A stretch of 63,093 nucleotides of DNA, filler included, from Reticulomyxa filosa (GCA_000512085.1; 17 parts of 17 records of this genome joined end to end with filler, not necessarily neighbours in it), one strand, 5' to 3'. Positions 38,385 through 52,584 are shown, counted from the whole stretch's first letter. Numbers and translations: made by a program. Notes: generated from the sequence alone by a model not told the origin.

Positions 38385-38908
38385 GTTGGTCAGTTGGTTG
38401 TGTTGTTGAGCCCTGTTCATTTCCTGCTTCGTCATCATCCACACTCTCTGGAATCTCTTCTCTCATTGCTTCAAAAGCCTCATCGGCAGTAGGCACTAAA
38501 AACTGTTCGTCTGGAAACATGCCTTGAAACAATTGCTTTGCCTTTTATGTATGCATTCATATGTATGATTGTCGAGAACGTATATTGAATGGTCAAAATG
38601 GCACAATCACAAATACATATATGCATGTAATGCTTAAAAAAGACGCACACACACCTGTTGTACAACATGTTCAAAGCTCAATGTTTCATTTAAATCTTCA
38701 ACGACAAATACATGATTTGGTAGACGTTGTCGATTGATATATCGAAACCTTTGTTCGTACAAACAATAAAACAGTGCAATCGGTTTGTTATTGTTTTCTG
38801 TTTCGTTGATTCCGTCACGATAGAATATTTCGAAGCATCGTTTCAAAGCATTGCGTGAGTCTTGAATGTTTTTTTCTCCGGCCAATGTCCACATGTACGT
38901 CAAGTCTG
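38385..38908 (-). CDS. Unknown protein, internal or C-terminal exons
   Basis: Coding-like blocks at 38655-38908 and ~38385-38540 are separated by an AT-rich intron. No domain recognised. Confidence 0.4.
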
Positions 38909-39508
38909 NNNNNNNNNNNNNNNNNNNNNNNNNNNNNNNNNNNNNNNNNNNNTTAATTAATTAANNNNNNNNNNNNNNNNNNNNNNNNNNNNNNNNNNNN
39001 NNNNNNNNATAATTGAGATTAATCAAAAATATTGAATCAAATTGAAATGCAAAATCAAGTTCATATATGCTCCAATGTTAATATTACCAAATGACACCAA
39101 TCACATATTACTATTACGTTTAAAAGGGCATGATATTGACACCTTCCATCACAATAACTAAAAAAATTGACAAATATTCACTACAAAGATACAACTTTAG
39201 ATGTTACGTGAAAAAATATTTTTATTTAAGTGTTTGGACAGTGAAAGGGGGTTTTCAGTTGTTTTTAAAAGTAGTTTTGTCAGTCTTTGTTTTTCTTAAA
39301 CGAAATCTATTTTATCCTTTGCAATAATTGCTTTTGTTAATTTAACTGTCAACGGTTCGTTTATTTTGTTTAGTATTGTACAAAATTTTTAACGTTTTTG
39401 ATTTGTTGAAAATCAGGGTGTCGTTTCTAAGTACACAACACGTTTTCTCTTTGACTGCGTCATCTTTCTGATGAAAAATTGAATGTTCACATAGACAAAC
39501 TTGGCATC

Positions 39509-42500
39509 ATGACAAACGAAATCCAAAAAATGAGAATACCTCTCAGTGATATCACTAATACATATCATTGCATCGGGAATAACGACAATGCAGCAACAAC
39601 TAAAGACACAAGACCACAAAACCGACCATCATCAGGAGAAATTACAGAGGAGGAATGCAAGTTGGCATCGACACAAACAGGACAGGAAGGTGCAGCTGTG
39701 CCATGGACAATATATCAACAACCAACACCAGACGCTGCGCATGGGACAAATTTTTTTCCAGCATACGAGGAATACAATGGTCTCACCCAATTTTTTTTTT
39801 TCGTTTTACAATTTGAAATATCAGAGAAATATTTGAAAACACATCTCAAAAAAAAAGCTCGATCTTTTTTTTAAAACATTTTTGAGCTGAAACACGTGGT
39901 GCAATGATGCATTGTTGTTTTTCGGATTGGGTTTGCTTTGTAGTAAAGAGTGTTCTTGTGATGCGCGATTTATTTGGTTTTTTTTTTTGTCACAGTTATT
40001 GATCCCTATTTTTACGGTACGACTGCCATGCACGATGCAATGGCACCCTTAGCGGGGCTTGGAGGTCAACCGATTGTTGGAACTGCAGGCTCAAATTATC
40101 CTTATTACCCTTCTGCGTCGATGGTTGGTGGAACTCAAGTAACGAGGACAATGAACCAAAGAACACCAATCACGATTACCCATTCGCAAGGCCTGGGCAA
40201 AACGAAGTGCATAAGGGTTGATGGGGTCCAATATTCAGGTACTGAGAGAGCAAAACAAAACAATGAAAAAGAAATCCCAAATAAACGAGCAAATATACGC
40301 ACATTTGTAGGTGGTATCAACAGTGTCTCATGTGATGAAATTGCATTCAAGCCACAGTGGAGTGTTATGTGGGGACAAGAATACGAAGATATTGCAGCTC
40401 GTCTGGAACGTGGGTCTGAGCAGATTATTTGTATGTACAGCTGTTATGACAGTACAGAAAATTTGTGGTATGTTGATAAGCAAAGGTTCTCTTTTAGAGT
40501 GTTGGCTTTATTGATCAAGGCGAAAATAAACCACACATAACACTTAATAGTGACATTGCCTTGCGTATTGCCTGGGCAAGTGAATCTGTGACTAAAACAT
40601 GGTATGTTGTATTACACCACCAACCCTCTATTTTTTTTTTGATTGGTTTGAACTATGAGCAAAAAAAATTGGTTGCGTTTTTGTTACCTCTGAATAGCTA
40701 CTTTTTTGCTCACAAAGTTACGTATCTATAAATTGTTGTCATTTCAGCTTTCCTGAGGCTGTAAGCAAGGATAAGATGAATTTGCAAAAATAGAGAGTGC
40801 TTTGTAACAACAAGTATGGATCACAAATCATCCACTCAGAAATTCTCAAAAATCCCAAGGTATGATTACTTAGCGTTTACGTATACTGTAAACAATGAGG
40901 TTGCAAGAACAACAAAAACAAAAACAAAAAAATTGGCCGAGCACACAAATTGGTTTGTTTGGGTAACAGTTGACAGAATTGACAATTGATGCTCAAGATA
41001 CAACCGCAAGATACTTTATTAATGCAATAAAGTATATGTACGAAGGTAGTATAACCATTGATGCTAATGCGATTGTTCCATTACTTGTCCTCTCGAGCCA
41101 ACTTCGTTTACGTGGCACAATGTGTGGTGAGTTGAGACAAAAGTCATTTGAAGATTATATGAATATTGACAATTGTTTAATGTTCCTAAAACAAGCAAAC
41201 TCGTTAAATTATGCCTCCCTTGTTTATGAATGTTGCCAATTTGCATTGACTAATTTGCGCAAGATTCCTTGTCAGCATTTTGAAACCTACCTACATCGCT
41301 GGAAAGATTTTAAAAGTTTGTTTTTATTTGGATTAAGACAAGAAGCTAATGGTGTGTACTTTGGAGGCGAACTAATTGTATTGTACCTTAAAAGTTTATT
41401 ATTGGTTGACAAGAGCAAAGCCATGTTACGTTACAGCATTTCATCTTAAGCGCACATAAGAGGATCAATCATATGTTCCCAAAAACAAGCAAACGAAAAC
41501 ATGTATGTTTCTGTTCCCAATATTTTAATACAGAACTGCTATTTTGGAATTAAATAATATTGAAGAATTTACAAAATTAACATCGAGTCATGCCCTCGCA
41601 ATGCTTTTGCTTTGCGACAATTTACTTGGAGAAAAAAAGCCATTGGATCGATTTATTTTGACAAAAGTTGGTGTTTATCATTTGATGTTTTCTTCTTTCT
41701 TCTGAAATAATAAAAAAAGAAAGAGTACAAATTGGATTGTGTTTTTCTGAAATAAAGGTCTACCGTATTGCTGTTTATACAATTGCTTGCCAGTTTCCAT
41801 TGGATGTCAATGATTCAATGTGGGAGCAACTTAAATTATTATCAATTGACACATTTGGATTGTTGTTACGTCATGCAGTAATACAAACGCAAAGAGTACC
41901 AAAAGAAAAAGCGTTGGTATTACGACTAATAAATTGCTACAAAATAGCACATCTCGTAAGTGAAAAGATGAACACTTCTCTGGATCAGTTGTTGGACGAA
42001 TTGTTCGGAAAGAGTGAAAATATAAATCCAGATCATTGCGATGAAGATCAAAAAGTAGCTAAAGAGGCACTTTCTGCCACAGGCGTTGAAAATGTCAGGC
42101 TAGGTGATGACACAACACAGCAGCTCAGTGGGGGAAGAGGTAGAACATCAAATGACAAGGATCAGATGATTCTTGCTCATGTGCCGAATGCTCTCAGCAC
42201 TGATCGCAAAGAAAACGACGCCGATACATTGGGCTTTGTTACTCCCAAAATGAAATCCTCTAGTGCTAATCTTTTGGGACCCAATGATTGCAAATTAGCA
42301 GATACACCAGAATTAAGTCGTTTTGCTAAGCATTTTCTATTAGATCAAAGCAGTATGAATACATCAGATGACAGATATTCACATTTATTGCAACAAATGA
42401 GTCCTATTGTGTCACATCAAAAAAACAGCGATATAACCGGCAAATTATTGCAAAGTGATAAAGATATTTTTAGAACATGCAGCAATGACATGTGCCATAT

Positions 42501-43307
42501 TTCATTTTTATCTTCCAAAAATGGAGACACAGAGCAAAAATCAATATTAACTGATGAACATCAAAACACTCCTCGACAACTGCAAGTTTTAATTTCTGAA
42601 AAAGTTGGCTCGGCATCTAGAACAGCTTTAATGTCAAATAGCAACAACAAAATATTTGAAACACCAACGAAGAGTAAACCTGAAGAAAAAGAGGAGGCTA
42701 AGGAATTACAGCGCACACCAATCCAAGAATTTTCTCAAGGTAGTTTTGTTTTTATCTTTGTTTGTGTCGAATTTGGTCAATAATCACAAAATAATTCACA
42801 GGATTTGATGGAAAAGCGAAAGATCAAAGTAATCATTTAACCAAAATGTTATTACAAACACCATTGGTTGAAAATAAATCGGGAGGTCTCACATTATGTG
42901 AGAATTCCATAACCAAAATCCGTCTTCAATCCGAGTCGAGTGATCAATCGCCAGCAAATCATTCGGGACAAAAGATGGCCAGCGCTAATGATTCACCAAA
43001 CCGTAGCAGTCCCAGACGTAAGTGGTTTTGTTGCATATTTGTATTTTATGTTACTCAAAACATTAACTATCCTTTTAAAAATTTGACTTTAGGAAGAGCA
43101 AATGGCGCAACTTGCGTAGAATGTGGAAAATATCGGCATAAATATGATTTTACTAAATCTCAATGGAGGAATCGTCCACGAGACTTCCGCCGCTGCAAGT
43201 ATTGCACCGGTGAAGGCGGCACTGATTCACGAACAAGTTCTTATGATTCCACGAATTATTCCATTCGTGGTTCTTCATACGGCAGCAACATTTTTCAAAA
43301 AAGTTAA
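39509..43307 (+). CDS. BTB/POZ-BACK protein with a C-terminal Stc1-like zinc finger and an N-terminal D-box-like motif (multi-exon; joining into one gene is inferred)
   Basis: FINAIKYMYEGSITIDANAIVPLLVLSSQL...MNIDNCLMFLKQANSLNYASLVYECCQFA (BTB-BACK); CVECGKYRHKYDFTKSQWR...RCKYC (Stc1-type); RIPLSDITN. Confidence 0.7.
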
Positions 43308-44095
43308 ATACTAATTGCTTTTGGCTTTTTTTCTTCCTTTACTCTTGTTTTTTTGGCAAAAAACTCGACAGGTCCCTTCCGCTCACCATACCGGCAGTGA
43401 TGGGGAAAAGCATTTTGTGGAGAGATGTTGCTTCTTTGCATTGATGGGTAAAGTTTTTTTTGGTTATTGGGACATATAGTGATTTCCACTTGGGTGGTTG
43501 TATTTGTCAAATTTCACAAATATCATTCAATCGTTATCTGGAAAGATTTGTTGTCATTTAACAAAAAAATATTTTAATAATTTATTGAAATTTAAAATAA
43601 AAATAAAGGAGATACATGTCAACATTATATCAAAAAATTTTTAAAAAAAGCCAGCAAACTCTTTTCAAAATTCAAGATTTATTGACATGATGGTGATTTG
43701 TAATAAATCCAATTTTTCAAATTTTTTGACAATGAAGAAACTTTTTTAATACAATCGTTTTCCTTGATACAGTTGAAGAAATATTAAGAATGAATTTTCA
43801 TCAATTCCATATGTGATTATATAATTTTTGAAATGAGATCAATCTTTTATTTCACTTGACAATTGTTATTATTTCATTAACACAACAGAAATAATACATC
43901 AAAAATAATTTTAAATGATTCATGTAAAAATTCAATTGATCAATTTTGTTATTTACAATAGTATAAAAAGTGTAATGTATGTGATCAGATCCGGANNNNN
44001 NNNNNNNNNNNNNNNNNNNNNNNNNNNNNNNNNNNNNNNTTAATTAATTAANNNNNNNNNNNNNNNNNNNNNNNNNNNNNNNNNNNNNNNNNNNN

Positions 44096-44370
44096 CAAAA
44101 TAATAGAACCATTAAGAAAATAGCTTATTGCAATATCTACGAAAGAAGCGTTATCAGCATCTGTAAATTATTTAAAAAAGAAAAAAACTTGAATTGGAAA
44201 ATAAAAAATTAAAGTACGAATTGGAAAAAGAAAGTAATAAAACGACATTAGCAAAATTCAAATAGAATTAAAAAAGAAAGTAAATTTCAACTAACAAAAA
44301 GTGGATAATGATACTTTTGTTAATTTATGTTATGGTTCGATCCAAGGTTTAAATCTTGTTTGGGGATAAA
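44096..44370 (+). pseudogene. WD40 terminal-blade remnant
   Basis: Disrupted frames ending NLCYGSIQGLNLVWG*. Confidence 0.45.
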
Positions 44371-44666
44371 TACATTAGTAAAAAGTTTGCTTTGAATGAG
44401 AATTAGTTTATTTTTTCAAATTAATTATCTCTTACATTTCAATTTGATCTAGAACATATCAATTAAAGATAATTAATTGTTACACCAATCAATATACACA
44501 AGTATTATATGTCTAATAAAATGTTTTTTGATTATTGAAAAGTAAGTGGTATATTGATAACATTTGTAGTTTTCATTTCTTTTTTGATGACATTAGAGTT
44601 TCGATCGTCTAAGTCTAAATTTAGTTACAAGAAATATACAAAAATGAAAATATCGTCAGAATACAA

Positions 44667-46527
44667 TTGTTCCAACGACGAAATAGCGATGCCAATTCCA
44701 ATGGCAGTATATCACAAATCCAATTATTTGAAAGTAAAACCAACATCGTATCGGATCGAGTGAGTCCGGCGAAAAAGGACAGCGTGGACGAAAGCACATC
44801 ATCGAAGAACACAAGCAACGGAGGAAAGAGAAAGAAACAGCAATATATCGGCGTGATGAAAAGCGAGCGACAAGAATGGATACGAATGCTAACATTATTG
44901 CAAGAGCAGCTGCGCATTGTCCAGAGTCAAAATTACCGATTGCATCGAAATTGTAAGGAGTTTGCATACAACAAAAAAGTGGGCCAAGCGCAATTGACTC
45001 ATCCGTTCAAAGTATTGAATATGCACGAATTGAACGAGAAAATTACCCAAGTCATTTGCGGGCGCTGTTGCGACTTGCATCAGCAAATGGCCCAAAAGAT
45101 TGCCGAAATCGAGCAAATTGGATTTGGGCAAAGGCGCATTCCAAAGTCACGCAACAATTGTCCAGTCATTGTGACCATAATGCAAGTGGTAGTAATGTGC
45201 TTGCCATTTTCGAGCGAAGAAGAGGGGTCCGATTGGATTGTAATCCTACGGCAATTTGCTTCAGTTGATCGATAATAGCTTGGATATTAGTTTAAGCGAT
45301 ATCGCGGGACAAAGGCGGATTGGCGATGACAACCAACCAACCAACCAACTGTCTTGGACCGAACAACAAGGGACAGAGCACAACGGATAAAAGCCATTCC
45401 AGCAACAGCGAAGGAGATTGCTTCACTCGCTCTTTCGTTCGGTTGAATTATCTCACCCACGTCACGAGGTGGTTCTTCAAACTTCTCTTTCAATTCATAT
45501 ACACTACTTAAATAGGGTCTTTTTGTGTAATATGTGTGTTTCAGCATTCGGTGGCCAATTCCTTTGTTCTGGATCATATGACAAAACAGTTCGTATATGT
45601 GATGTAGAGACCAGCAAACAAATTCAATTATTCAGTGGCCATTCGAGCCACGTGATGGGTGTGAAATTTTCACCATATCATTATCATCACAATCGTCGAA
45701 ATGTCATTTGTTCTTCATCAGATGATAAAACTATTCGTTTTTGGGACGTCAAAGATAAACAACCATTAAAAGTGTTCAATGAACACACTGCTGCGGTTTG
45801 CAGCATTGCATTTTCGCCATTTGGATGATCGACATTTATGTTCTGGGTCATTTGATAAAACTATTCGTTTGTGGGATGTTGAGACATTCAAGTTATTGTA
45901 TGTTTTCAAAGAACATACAGAAACTGTTTGGTATTTGGCTTTTTCGTCATCGCAAGGCAATAAAAATAATGGCGTTAGTATGAGTTGCAGTCCTGGACGC
46001 ACCCTTTTGTTCTGGATCATATGATAAAACTATTCGAATATGGGATATTGAAACCAACAGAGAATTGACTGAATTCAAAGGACATGGTTTGCGGTGAGCA
46101 GTGTAAAATATGGGTCAAATGAATTAAAAAACATTGGTGGTGCAAATACTATATTATCAGAATCATGGGATCAAACTGTTCGTTTGTGGGATGCTCGATC
46201 CAGTCTGCAAACTCACGTGTTCAAGGGACACAAAGATTGGGTGTATGCGTCGAATATTCACCTCTTGTGGCAAACAACAGCAAAATTGGTGGTGGAAATG
46301 TCATATGTTCTGGGTCAAAGGATAATACTATTCGCTTTTGGGACATTCGATCAAGTAAGACTTTGGATGTAATCAAAATTGATGAAGGAGAAAATGGAAT
46401 GCGTTGTCTTAAATTTTTATCACCGAAAACGAAAGAGGTGAAACGAAAAAGCAATGACGAACGTAATGGTAGCATTCATCTCTGCTGTGGTTCAGACAAA
46501 GGCCCCATTCGTGTTTGGGAGCAATGA
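44667..46527 (+). pseudogene. WD40-repeat gene with several frameshifts and stops (upstream coiled-coil ORF 44667-45275 probably belongs to it)
   Basis: WD40 blades (CSGSYDKTVRI, GHSSHVMGVKFSP, ICSSSDDKTIRFWD, SGSFDKTIRLWD, GSKDNTIRFWDIRS, GSDKGPIRVW) are spread over 3 frames with in-frame stops. Confidence 0.75.
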
Positions 46528-46859
46528 TCATTTTTTTTTTACTACGATCTCATTCATTTGTGAAAAGACATCAAACAAAAGTTTGTTTTGAATGAGATTT
46601 CAATGATTTTTTTTTTTTTTGTTTTTTTAGATTTGTTTTTCAATGAGCAAGGAAGGAGATTTGGTTCAATTAATATGAATACTTGGTAATATCTTTTATT
46701 TCAAAATCAAAAGAGGGATACAAAATTTGAATGTATATGATCCCTCTTTTAACGAAAAAACCAAAAGTTCATTCGTGGTTAATAACCTTTCATTTTGCAA
46801 TCAAACATCAAATAAATTGGTTACTTGTGAGAAAAGGACAACTTTAAAATGGTATATTC

Positions 46860-47525
46860 TTTTTCAGATAGCACATTTGCGATTTTTTCTCATATGCAAC
46901 ATATAATCGACCATCCAATGGCAAAGTAATGGCCACATGATGGCAAAAGAAAACTTTCTTCAACAAGATTGATTTCAAAGCTGCCAACAAAAAAAAAAAA
47001 AAAGAAATAAATATACAATGTGTTCATTTTATTTGTGCAAATCATTATGCCCAGATCCGAATTGTTTTGTCACTAGAACATGACGCGATTATATCGCTGG
47101 ATGAAACGATAACATGGAAAATTGAATTAATATGACCCTGCAGTCTCTGAAATATTATATCCAGTTTCCACATTCCACAGGTTGAATTGTATGAACAGAA
47201 CAAGATACAATAGTTTGACCATCTGAAAAAAATTCCACACTCGGCACAAGTTTTGAATTTTCTTGAAATTTCTTTAACTCTGCTCCTGTCTCCACATCCC
47301 ATATTCGAATTGTTGAATCACATGCACATGACACAGCACAATTGCCATCTGGTGAGAATTTTTTGCAGTTAGTACGCTACTCAACTGTTTCAATCTTTCA
47401 CCTGATTGCACATCCCATATACCAATTGTTTTATCTTGGGATGATGATACAATCTTTTGACCATCAGGTGAAAAGTATACATTGCATACATGATCTGAAT
47501 GACCTAACAATACTTTGATTTGCTC
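46860..47525 (-). pseudogene. WD40-repeat gene (second subfamily), frameshifted fragment
   Basis: [31 protein letters not shown] and GHINSI...IASCSSDKTIRIW occur in different frames. Confidence 0.7.
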
Positions 47526-47716
47526 NNNNNNNNNNNNNNNNNNNNNNNNNNNNNNNNNNNNNNNNNNNNTTAATTAATTAANNNNNNNNNNNNNNNNNNN
47601 NNNNNNNNNNNNNNNNNNNNNNNNNAGGAGGAGGAGGAGGAGGAGGTGGGGGAAGTGGAAGTGGAGGCAAAAGAAGAGAGGGAGGGGAAAGGAGGAGAGC
47701 GTCTTTACCGATCAAA

Positions 47717-49357
47717 ATGCAAACGAGTAAAGATGCTCTCCATTTGTACATTACTAACATCGACGACAATGTCAATCACAGTCACGCTCATAGTCACACC
47801 TATGATATCGACAATGACAATATCCACGACCATTTGGAAAATGAGGAGCATTATCTCTATTTCAATCCCACCACCATTGATAACAACAATGATAATTATG
47901 ATCATGAATATGTTGCTACTGGTAATGACAATGAAGAGGTCCATATAGATCATCATCATCACCATCATCAACAACAACAAAATAATGAAGATAGTTATGA
48001 AGGTGAAGAACATCATCCTCGTGGAACAACCAAACGTAAATCCACTTTTACTTGGAATGAATCGCTTTCTTCCCATCCCAATCCAAGTGTGACCAGCGTG
48101 GTGGCCACAATTCGACTGGCGAAGAACACATTGCATCGTCTGCTGCTAATGGTGGTGCATCTACTGCGCAAATGGACAGCGCTATGCTCGCGCAACTTTA
48201 CAATGTTCAATCACAACTACATCACGCTCATCAACGAGATCGTTGAGTGTCTCGAGCTCGAACGACACGAGTATTTGCAGAGTATCATCCAAGACTCGAG
48301 TCTCTTTGAAAATGTCTTCCGCTCCGTCTTCAAGACCTATATCAACAAGGGTGACATCAAAGACCCCATCGTCAACGATTTTTGGGTTCAGTCGTTAACC
48401 TTTCAAAGTTCACACATTAATGATACCCCGGGTTTTTTATCTCAATCTCAACCACAGCTACTACAACCACAACCACAATTACAACAACAACAACAACAAC
48501 AACAACAACATATTGCTTCAATTGAAGTGCAAACTCAAACTCAAAATCAAAGTCAAAATCAAATGCAAACACAACAACAAAATGTGAGTCGATATCAAAC
48601 AGACTTTGAAGAACTGACTGTATTGGGAGTGGGTGCCTTTGGTAAAGTGACCAAGTGTCGCCATCGTCTCGATGGCCGATATTACGCGGTGAAACGCATT
48701 CCCATTCAACAAAGAGGGGAGGAACTACAGAAAGTACTACGCGAGGTGGCCACGTTATCTCGGATGCAAGGTCCTTACATTCTGCGCTATTACTCGGCCT
48801 GGTTTGAGTCCGGAGGCGCAGACAAGTCTGTCGTGGATCTGCTCAACTTCCACACGCAGACAGCCACCATTCAAAAGAAACAGCCCACTCGCACGGCGCT
48901 GTCCAATCCATGGATGAACAACGACGACGACGTCGACCAGTTTGAACAACAGTCGGGCTATTTCTTACCCAATGTCTTTGGTCTGGAACGTGTCGATCAG
49001 CTCATGTCCTTGTCGCAGTCCAATGCCAACACCAAGGGTCAGGGACGTCCACTCCAAGGTGGCAAGGCCAAGGACGACTCCTGGTTCGATCGCAACTCGT
49101 CCCAACAAATACACTCCGAACCCGAACTCTATCTCTATCTCGTCACTGGTTACTGCGAACAGACGCTACGTGATGCCATGCAAGAACAAGGTGCATCTTT
49201 TCTTCACATACACATAATATGTATACTGGATTTTTTTTTTTTTAATAATAATGATAAAAAAAAGGATATCGCTCCGATCCGATGAAAATTTGGAGGATGT
49301 TCCGTCAGATATTGGAGGGCTTGGCGTTCATTCATGAACATGGAATAATCCACCGAG
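47717..49357 (+). CDS. eIF2-alpha kinase (GCN2/HRI-like), kinase N-lobe with a long insert; truncated
   Basis: SRYQTDFEELTVLGVGAFGKVTKCRHRLDGRYYAVKRI, KVLREVATLSRM..PYILRYYSAWFE, an insert, LYLVTGYCEQTL, then after an intron IWRMFRQILEGLAFIHEHGIIHR. Confidence 0.92.
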
Positions 49358-49723
49358 GTCTGAACTAGAGAGAGAGAGANNNNNNNNNNNNNNNNNNNNN
49401 NNNNNNNNNNNNNNNNNNNNNNNTTAATTAATTAANNNNNNNNNNNNNNNNNNNNNNNNNNNNNNNNNNNNNNNNNNNNAATGATAATATATTTTATTGG
49501 ACAGTTAATCGAAATATAAAACCATTGAAACCGAAGATTTAAATCAAAAAAATTTTATGAAGGATGGTATGTAATGATATTTCTAAGCTATCGAATATTT
49601 TTATTATTTGAAATATGTGTTCAATTGAAAATGAGAAGAGAAACGTTATATTGAATTACAAAAAAAAAAAACACAACATTTGAACAAGTTTATGAAAAAG
49701 GATTAAAAGAATTACAAGTACAA

Positions 49724-50335
49724 TTGACAACATATTGGGATTATATTATAGCCATGAAACTTCATTACATTTGTCCAGATTTACTTGATGATTGGAGTTG
49801 GAATATGGTGGATCGTTTAACACCAATATCATCATCCAATAGAGAATATTTTGAAATGAATTTAGTGATTGATCATGAAGATCATTCCATTTATTTGAGT
49901 TTGTGTAAAATATCTACTTATATTTTAATTCGAATTGACAATCGATGGATTAAAACTATTCCATCTGATACTCATTTAAATAAAATTGAATCAACAGGAA
50001 ATAGGGATTGTACATTAATAAAGCCTTATTTAGTTGTATACTTTCCATGTAATGATATAAATGTTAGACATAAGGAATGGTTGAAAAATTATATCAAAAA
50101 TGGATTTATATTGAGAAATAATAAAAGTAATGAGGTTATGAAATATTTATATTGCAGTGATATCTTTACAAGGGAAGGAAAACTGCCATCAATTGACCAT
50201 ATCATCCTGCTCAAGGTAATGCAGAAAATTGTTATTTGCAAAATCATAATATTGGATATCGAATTCGTTTGGGTGATATCATTTATGAATGGTTTTGTAA
50301 TCGAGAAGGTGAAAGTTTTGTATAAGTATGAGTGA
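49724..50335 (+). CDS. Hypothetical protein or pseudogene fragment
   Basis: 203-codon ORF in very AT-rich DNA with no recognised motif. Confidence 0.3.
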   Translation: MTTYWDYIIAMKLHYICPDLLDDWSWNMVDRLTPISSSNREYFEMNLVIDHEDHSIYLSLCKISTYILIRIDNRWIKTIPSDTHLNKIESTGNRDCTLIKPYLVVYFPCNDINVRHKEWLKNYIKNGFILRNNKSNEVMKYLYCSDIFTREGKLPSIDHIILLKVMQKIVICKIIILDIEFVWVISFMNGFVIEKVKVLYKYE

Positions 50336-51810
50336 ACAAAAAGAAAATTATTGAACAAAGGATATCTGAACTTTATTATTTTATGTTATCCTACAATTTC
50401 AAAGCAAAGATTTATTATTTGAATAAAAAGTATTAGTTGAACACGTAGTCGTTTAAAAAAATAAACCTAGAAAGAAAATTATTTCAATATTTGCATTGTC
50501 TAAAGTCAGACGATTGATATGTTTAAAATTTCTTTGCTTTGTTTTTCCTTTTTTTTTGTTTGTGCTCCTTTGTCTGTCAAAGTTCTTGTGTTATTAGTAT
50601 ATAATTATTGTTGTGAAACGCATTCCATTTCTATGAACCGGAAATACCATAGCTGTCTTTCGCCAAAAGAGGGCATACATTAAAGTATGCCATTGCATCT
50701 ATCCACATTTATTTTGAAAATTGAAGTAAGTGTGATAAGAAAACAAATCATCACTTCGAACATGGTATACCTTTTTTTTTTTTTAGTTGCATTATTTACG
50801 ATATCTCAAGATACTGATTCAATTTCAATTTTAAAATTCGTTTTCACAATTTTATTGTGAGAGTTGCAAGAGTGAGTGCGATTGAAGTGTAATACGAATG
50901 GAATTTTTTTTTGTATCAATACACATCTTGTCCTAACATAGCAACATATTTTCGTTGGTGATGACCAAATCAGAATCATTCAATTCCTATCCAAAAACTG
51001 TTAAGCGATATTACTGCGCACTCGACCATTTCTGGAGAGTATCAATAGGATGTATTTCACTCCTTCCAAATGCATTACCATATGTTCCGCTTCTCGTCTT
51101 TCAGTTTTCCCGACGCACATGTGCTTTGATTTAGACAACATGCACAATTCGACCCTTTCTCTGCTGATTTCAAAAGTTGGTTCAACATATTCTTCATTTC
51201 GATAACGAGGATAGTTTTCCATGATTTAAAAGGGTATCTGATTAAACTACCAAACGTTCAAGTAGGTCATGTTTGACAAATGCCAAAAGATAACATATAT
51301 CCATAACTTTTTGTTTTTGATAAAAAAAAACAGTAAAATAAGTTTGTTAAAAAAAAAGTGGAACATATCAAACAATTTGAAGTCATCACTGTTGTAAAAG
51401 TTGAAAGACAGTATATTATCAATATCAAAACAGTGAGCCCACATATGTCACAAGTTCCACGTTTCTTGAAAAGTTGTGTATTATGCCTTCAAATGGTCAA
51501 AGGGCAGGAATTACTTGTAAAACAAACTCGGCATATCATACTACAATCACAATTCTGTGGATTGCAAAATTGATACTTGTTTGAACAAGATGTACGAGTG
51601 CACCCACCAGATATTATCCAATTTTTTGGATAACTCTCCCTTCACTGATCTTGATATTAAAAAGTTCAAATATTTTCATCTTTAAAAAATCGAAAGAATG
51701 ATAAATCTTGGTAATGAAAAGCAACTTTCAACGAAATTAACACGTGTAAGATTTCTTTAAAACTTTCAAAAGCTTGTTAACTAGGGTTTGATATGTACTT
51801 TGTGAACCAG

Positions 51811-52185
51811 TTGGAAGAAGAAAAAGTTCAAATAATTATTCAACATTGGATTAGGACATTACATATTAGATTCGGATGGATCAACAATTTTGACAAACTT
51901 GTTATCAACTATATTATGTTTTATTTCATATGACAAATATTTATTTGTTGTTATTATTTAATGCAGACAACCACTATATTCATCCCAATTACTTAATACA
52001 CTCACTGAACATACCAGTTGGATTTATAATATTGATTATTTAACATCTGGTGATAATCAATTCATTTGTTTTGGATCGGATGATAAAACAGTTCGTATAT
52101 GGGATATTGAGAACAACAAACAAATTAAATTATTCAATGGACATTCAGATGCTGTGTGTTGTGTAAAATTTTCATCATATTGCAA
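51811..52185 (+). pseudogene. WD40 gene N-terminal remnant with the helical WIR..LGW..FDK module
   Basis: EEEKVQIIIQHWIRTLHIRFGWINNFDKLVINY, then a degenerate intron and LTEHTSWIYNIDY...ICFGSDDKTVRIWDIENNKQIKLFNGHSDAVCCVKFS. Confidence 0.7.
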
Positions 52186-52584
52186 ATGGTAGCTATGATA
52201 ATATATGAAGAGATTAATGTAATATTTTTAATAAGTATTGGAATATTTATTCTTAATGTTGCTAGTAAAGCTTTGGTTCTACCATTTGGAAATGACACAT
52301 ATACTTATATTTGGTCTTGGCTTTGTTTTATTACTGGTATCATTTTTTTTTTTTTAAATTATACAAAAATACATTTTACATTGAAATGATAAAATAGATC
52401 TGGTTGGTATATTTTTTATGCTTGTAGTAGTGTCTTATGCACCAACAGTGAATGGGTATACATACGATTTAATGGTAATCATATTTTACTTCAAGTTATA
52501 TGTTGTCATTATTCCATTTGTTGCATGGATTATCATCACTATTTTCCTCCCAACACTTTATTTTTTCGCTATGACAGAAAATTT

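Noticed and set aside
50600-51650. Coding-like fragments of moderate GC
   Set aside because: Multiple stops in all frames and no identifiable family; possibly an old pseudogene but unsupported.
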